A stretch of DNA of 64,000 nucleotides, taken from contig CAWDDT010000011.1 in assembly GCA_963801165.1 (NCBI GenBank), positions 1 to 64,000 on the forward strand, given 5' to 3'. This DNA is from an uncultured bacterium. Its GTDB lineage: Bacteria > Actinomycetota > Acidimicrobiia > Spongiisociales > UBA5794. Of the stretch, positions 62,029-64,000 are shown one piece after another. Both the position numbers and the translations under genes were made by a program. The notes under the pieces are model-generated. The model worked only from the letters and a program-made list of their open reading frames with translations, ran no database searches and was not told the origin of the DNA. Numbering within the stretch: position 1 is the stretch's first letter; each line of letters begins with the position of its first letter.

Positions 62029-62415
62029 ATGGGCGTGAAGTTCCTGAGCGACGACCACCTTACGGCAGCGACCACTGCCCTCGGCGCCAACGGCGCCTTC
62101 TCCAACTCAATCGCCAACATCGACATGGGCATCCAATTCCATGTCACCGAGGCACCCGAAGGCGAGATCGATTTCTACCTCAATGTGAGCGACGGGTCCG
62201 CCACGATGGCAGCCGGCGAGTTGGACGGCGCCGACGTAACCATCACCAGCAGCCATGAAACGGCACTCGCTCTCTTCAACGGCGACCTCAACACCCAGAT
62301 GGCATTCATGACCGGCAAGATCAAGGTCGCCGGCAACCTGGCCGTCCTCATGATGAACCAGGGTGTCATCAACCAGTGGGCCGCCACCATGGCAGAGGTC
62401 GACGTCGAGGCTTGA
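62029..62415 (+). CDS. SCP2 sterol-binding domain protein
   Basis: ADVTIT..AFMTGKIKVAGNL. Confidence 0.88.
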   Translation: MGVKFLSDDHLTAATTALGANGAFSNSIANIDMGIQFHVTEAPEGEIDFYLNVSDGSATMAAGELDGADVTITSSHETALALFNGDLNTQMAFMTGKIKVAGNLAVLMMNQGVINQWAATMAEVDVEA

Positions 62416-62508
62416 GCCGGCTCAGCCGGGCCCGGCGGAAACCCGGTATCAACCCGACCAGATACGCATCTCTTCTATAGGCTTGTCCAAAGCCGGGAGG
62501 AGTGTCCG

Positions 62509-64000
62509 ATGTGGGATCAGTATCTGGCCGATCGTGGTGATCCGTGGGACTACGACCCGGGCCCGCCCCGTAATCGCAGCTGGCCACGGTTGTTTGCCGA
62601 CACACCCAACTACCGGGCCATCGGCGTCGACCTGACCGGGAGGGAATCGTTTCGGTGGCATTTCGGCCCGATGTTCTATCGAGGCCGGCTCGGAGACAAC
62701 GAGGTCAAGGTCCTCGTCGTCGGGCAGGAGGGGGCACAGGACGAGTCGCTCTCGCACCGCTCGTTCACCGGCGGCACCGGCGCCCGCATGCAATATCTGC
62801 TCGAGCACATCGGCCTCACCCACTCGTATCTCTTTCTCAACACGTTCGTGTACCCGATCTTCGGCCAATACCACGACTCCTTGCGACCGCTTGCCCAGGA
62901 CCCGGCATCACCAATAGTCGCCCACCGTCACGAAATTCTCGACTACCTCGTGGCACGGAACGATCTGAGGCTGGTGATTGCGGTTGGCCGCGCCGCCAAG
63001 GAGACGATCGCCACGTGGATCAAGTCGCACGGCGGGACGGCGCAACCCGAGAGCCTGCACACCGCACACGCCAATGTGATCGACCCTCACCTCAAGGCAC
63101 TCGGCGTTCTCCATCCCGGAGGAGCTACCAAAGGTGGCTCGGTGAGCGCAATCATCGCCGACTTCAAGACGGCAATCCGGCGCATCGAGCGTTGGAACCG
63201 CGACGACGCCTCCTGGCTGCCGCCCGATCCGGGAGCAGAGCGGCGCCCGGCGGACGACTATGCGTACAGGTCGGCGCCGATTCCGTTCCGCGACCTGCCC
63301 TACGGTGTCGCCTGGCGCCTGGGCCGGGGTGCCACCTCGAGCAACAGGAGCAGCGACCAGCGCTCCATCCAGATCTTCTCGGCCGACGGCAAGTACAACA
63401 ACCGGGGAGACAGTCTCTCCTATCTCTCGAATGCCGACGGTTCTGCAGACGGATACAGCCAGGACGCCGGCGACCTCCCGTACGAGCCTCCCAAACACGA
63501 CTACCGCGACTTCGATCGGGGCCCGAGCCGGTCGCTCGCTCAGCTTCTCGCCGGCGGATCGCCCGGTCTTCCCTGGCCCGATTTCTCGTCGCTCGGGCTG
63601 CACTGCCACCCATCCTTCGGGCTGGGACCGATCTATCGCGGCAAGCTACACCGGCCCTCTGTCGTGGTCCTGGCCGACCAACAGTCGTACGACGACCTGT
63701 TCACGTGCCGGGCACTTACCGGCGACGGAGGTCAGCATCTGCAGGCATTCCTGCGCGCAGCAGGGTTGACCGAGAACTACGCCATCTTGCGGGTGCTCCC
63801 GGTCGACACGCTCGCCGAGAGCTCCACAACGGTCCGGTCCGCGGTTGACCACCCCACGACGAGAGCTCTCCACGCGGCCATCGTGGCGCGGCTCGCTCCC
63901 ACGGTCGTCGTCGTCGCCGGCCCCCAGGCACGGCGCCTCGCCGGTCACCTGTCGCTTGCGGCGCCGATCGTCGAGATGAAGGCGTCCGGCCAGAGTGGGT
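62509..64000 (+). CDS. Uracil-DNA-glycosylase-superfamily protein with two tandem UDG-like domains (runs off the window; absent from the ORF track)
   Basis: SD GGAGG; MWDQYL..GPMFYRGRL..VLVVGQEGAQDESLSHRSFTGGTG..YLFLN..LHPG; second copy GPIYRGKL..VVVLADQ..RALTGDGG..YAILRV. Confidence 0.75.
   Translation, partial: MWDQYLADRGDPWDYDPGPPRNRSWPRLFADTPNYRAIGVDLTGRESFRWHFGPMFYRGRLGDNEVKVLVVGQEGAQDESLSHRSFTGGTGARMQYLLEHIGLTHSYLFLNTFVYPIFGQYHDSLRPLAQDPASPIVAHRHEILDYLVARNDLRLVIAVGRAAKETIATWIKSHGGTAQPESLHTAHANVIDPHLKALGVLHPGGATKGGSVSAIIADFKTAIRRIERWNRDDASWLPPDPGAERRPADDYAYRSAPIPFRDLPYGVAWRLGRGATSSNRSSDQRSIQIFSADGKYNNRGDSLSYLSNADGSADGYSQDAGDLPYEPPKHDYRDFDRGPSRSLAQLLAGGSPGLPWPDFSSLGLHCHPSFGLGPIYRGKLHRPSVVVLADQQSYDDLFTCRALTGDGGQHLQAFLRAAGLTENYAILRVLPVDTLAESSTTVRSAVDHPTTRALHAAIVARLAPTVVVVAGPQARRLAGHLSLAAPIVEMKASGQSG

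Overview
High-GC actinobacterial chromosomal segment, most consistent with Acidimicrobiia (SLH-repeat proteins, many leaderless genes, whiB, senX3-regX3, UPF0182/YlbL neighbourhood). Bases 1-4060 look like the end of an accessory island at the 3' end of tRNA-fMet. It holds three frameshift-riddled nuclease-like genes: an RNase J/beta-CASP-like MBL hydrolase, a PD-(D/E)xK protein and a DUF3644/HEPN-like protein. The rest is mostly intact: SLH-GH5 glycosidase, GntR + aromatic-type ALDH, Rrf2 + NirK with a fused cupredoxin, FGGY kinase + sphingosine-1-phosphate-lyase-like gene, divergent HTH-citrate-synthase/citrate-synthase pair, aapJQMP-like ABC transporter, MtrAB-like TCS with a GerMN lipoprotein bracketed by REP-like clusters, metY-metX, UPF0182, DivIVA fusion, lower paa genes, phoU/senX3/regX3, htrA, ECF sigma/anti-sigma/RseB-like, tatA, whiB, sdhCAB and a tandem-domain UDG-like gene cut by the window end. 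The best hidden signal is upstream of metY-metX: a consensus promoter leading into a leaderless 22-codon Met/Cys-rich ORF with mutually exclusive antiterminator/terminator pairings, i.e. a candidate methionine-sensing ribosomal attenuator. A second recurring pattern is chains of tiny stop/start-overlapping ORFs spanning intergenic gaps (before gntR, between senX3 and regX3, before ahpE). All family calls come from reading motifs by eye; no searches or folding programs were run.
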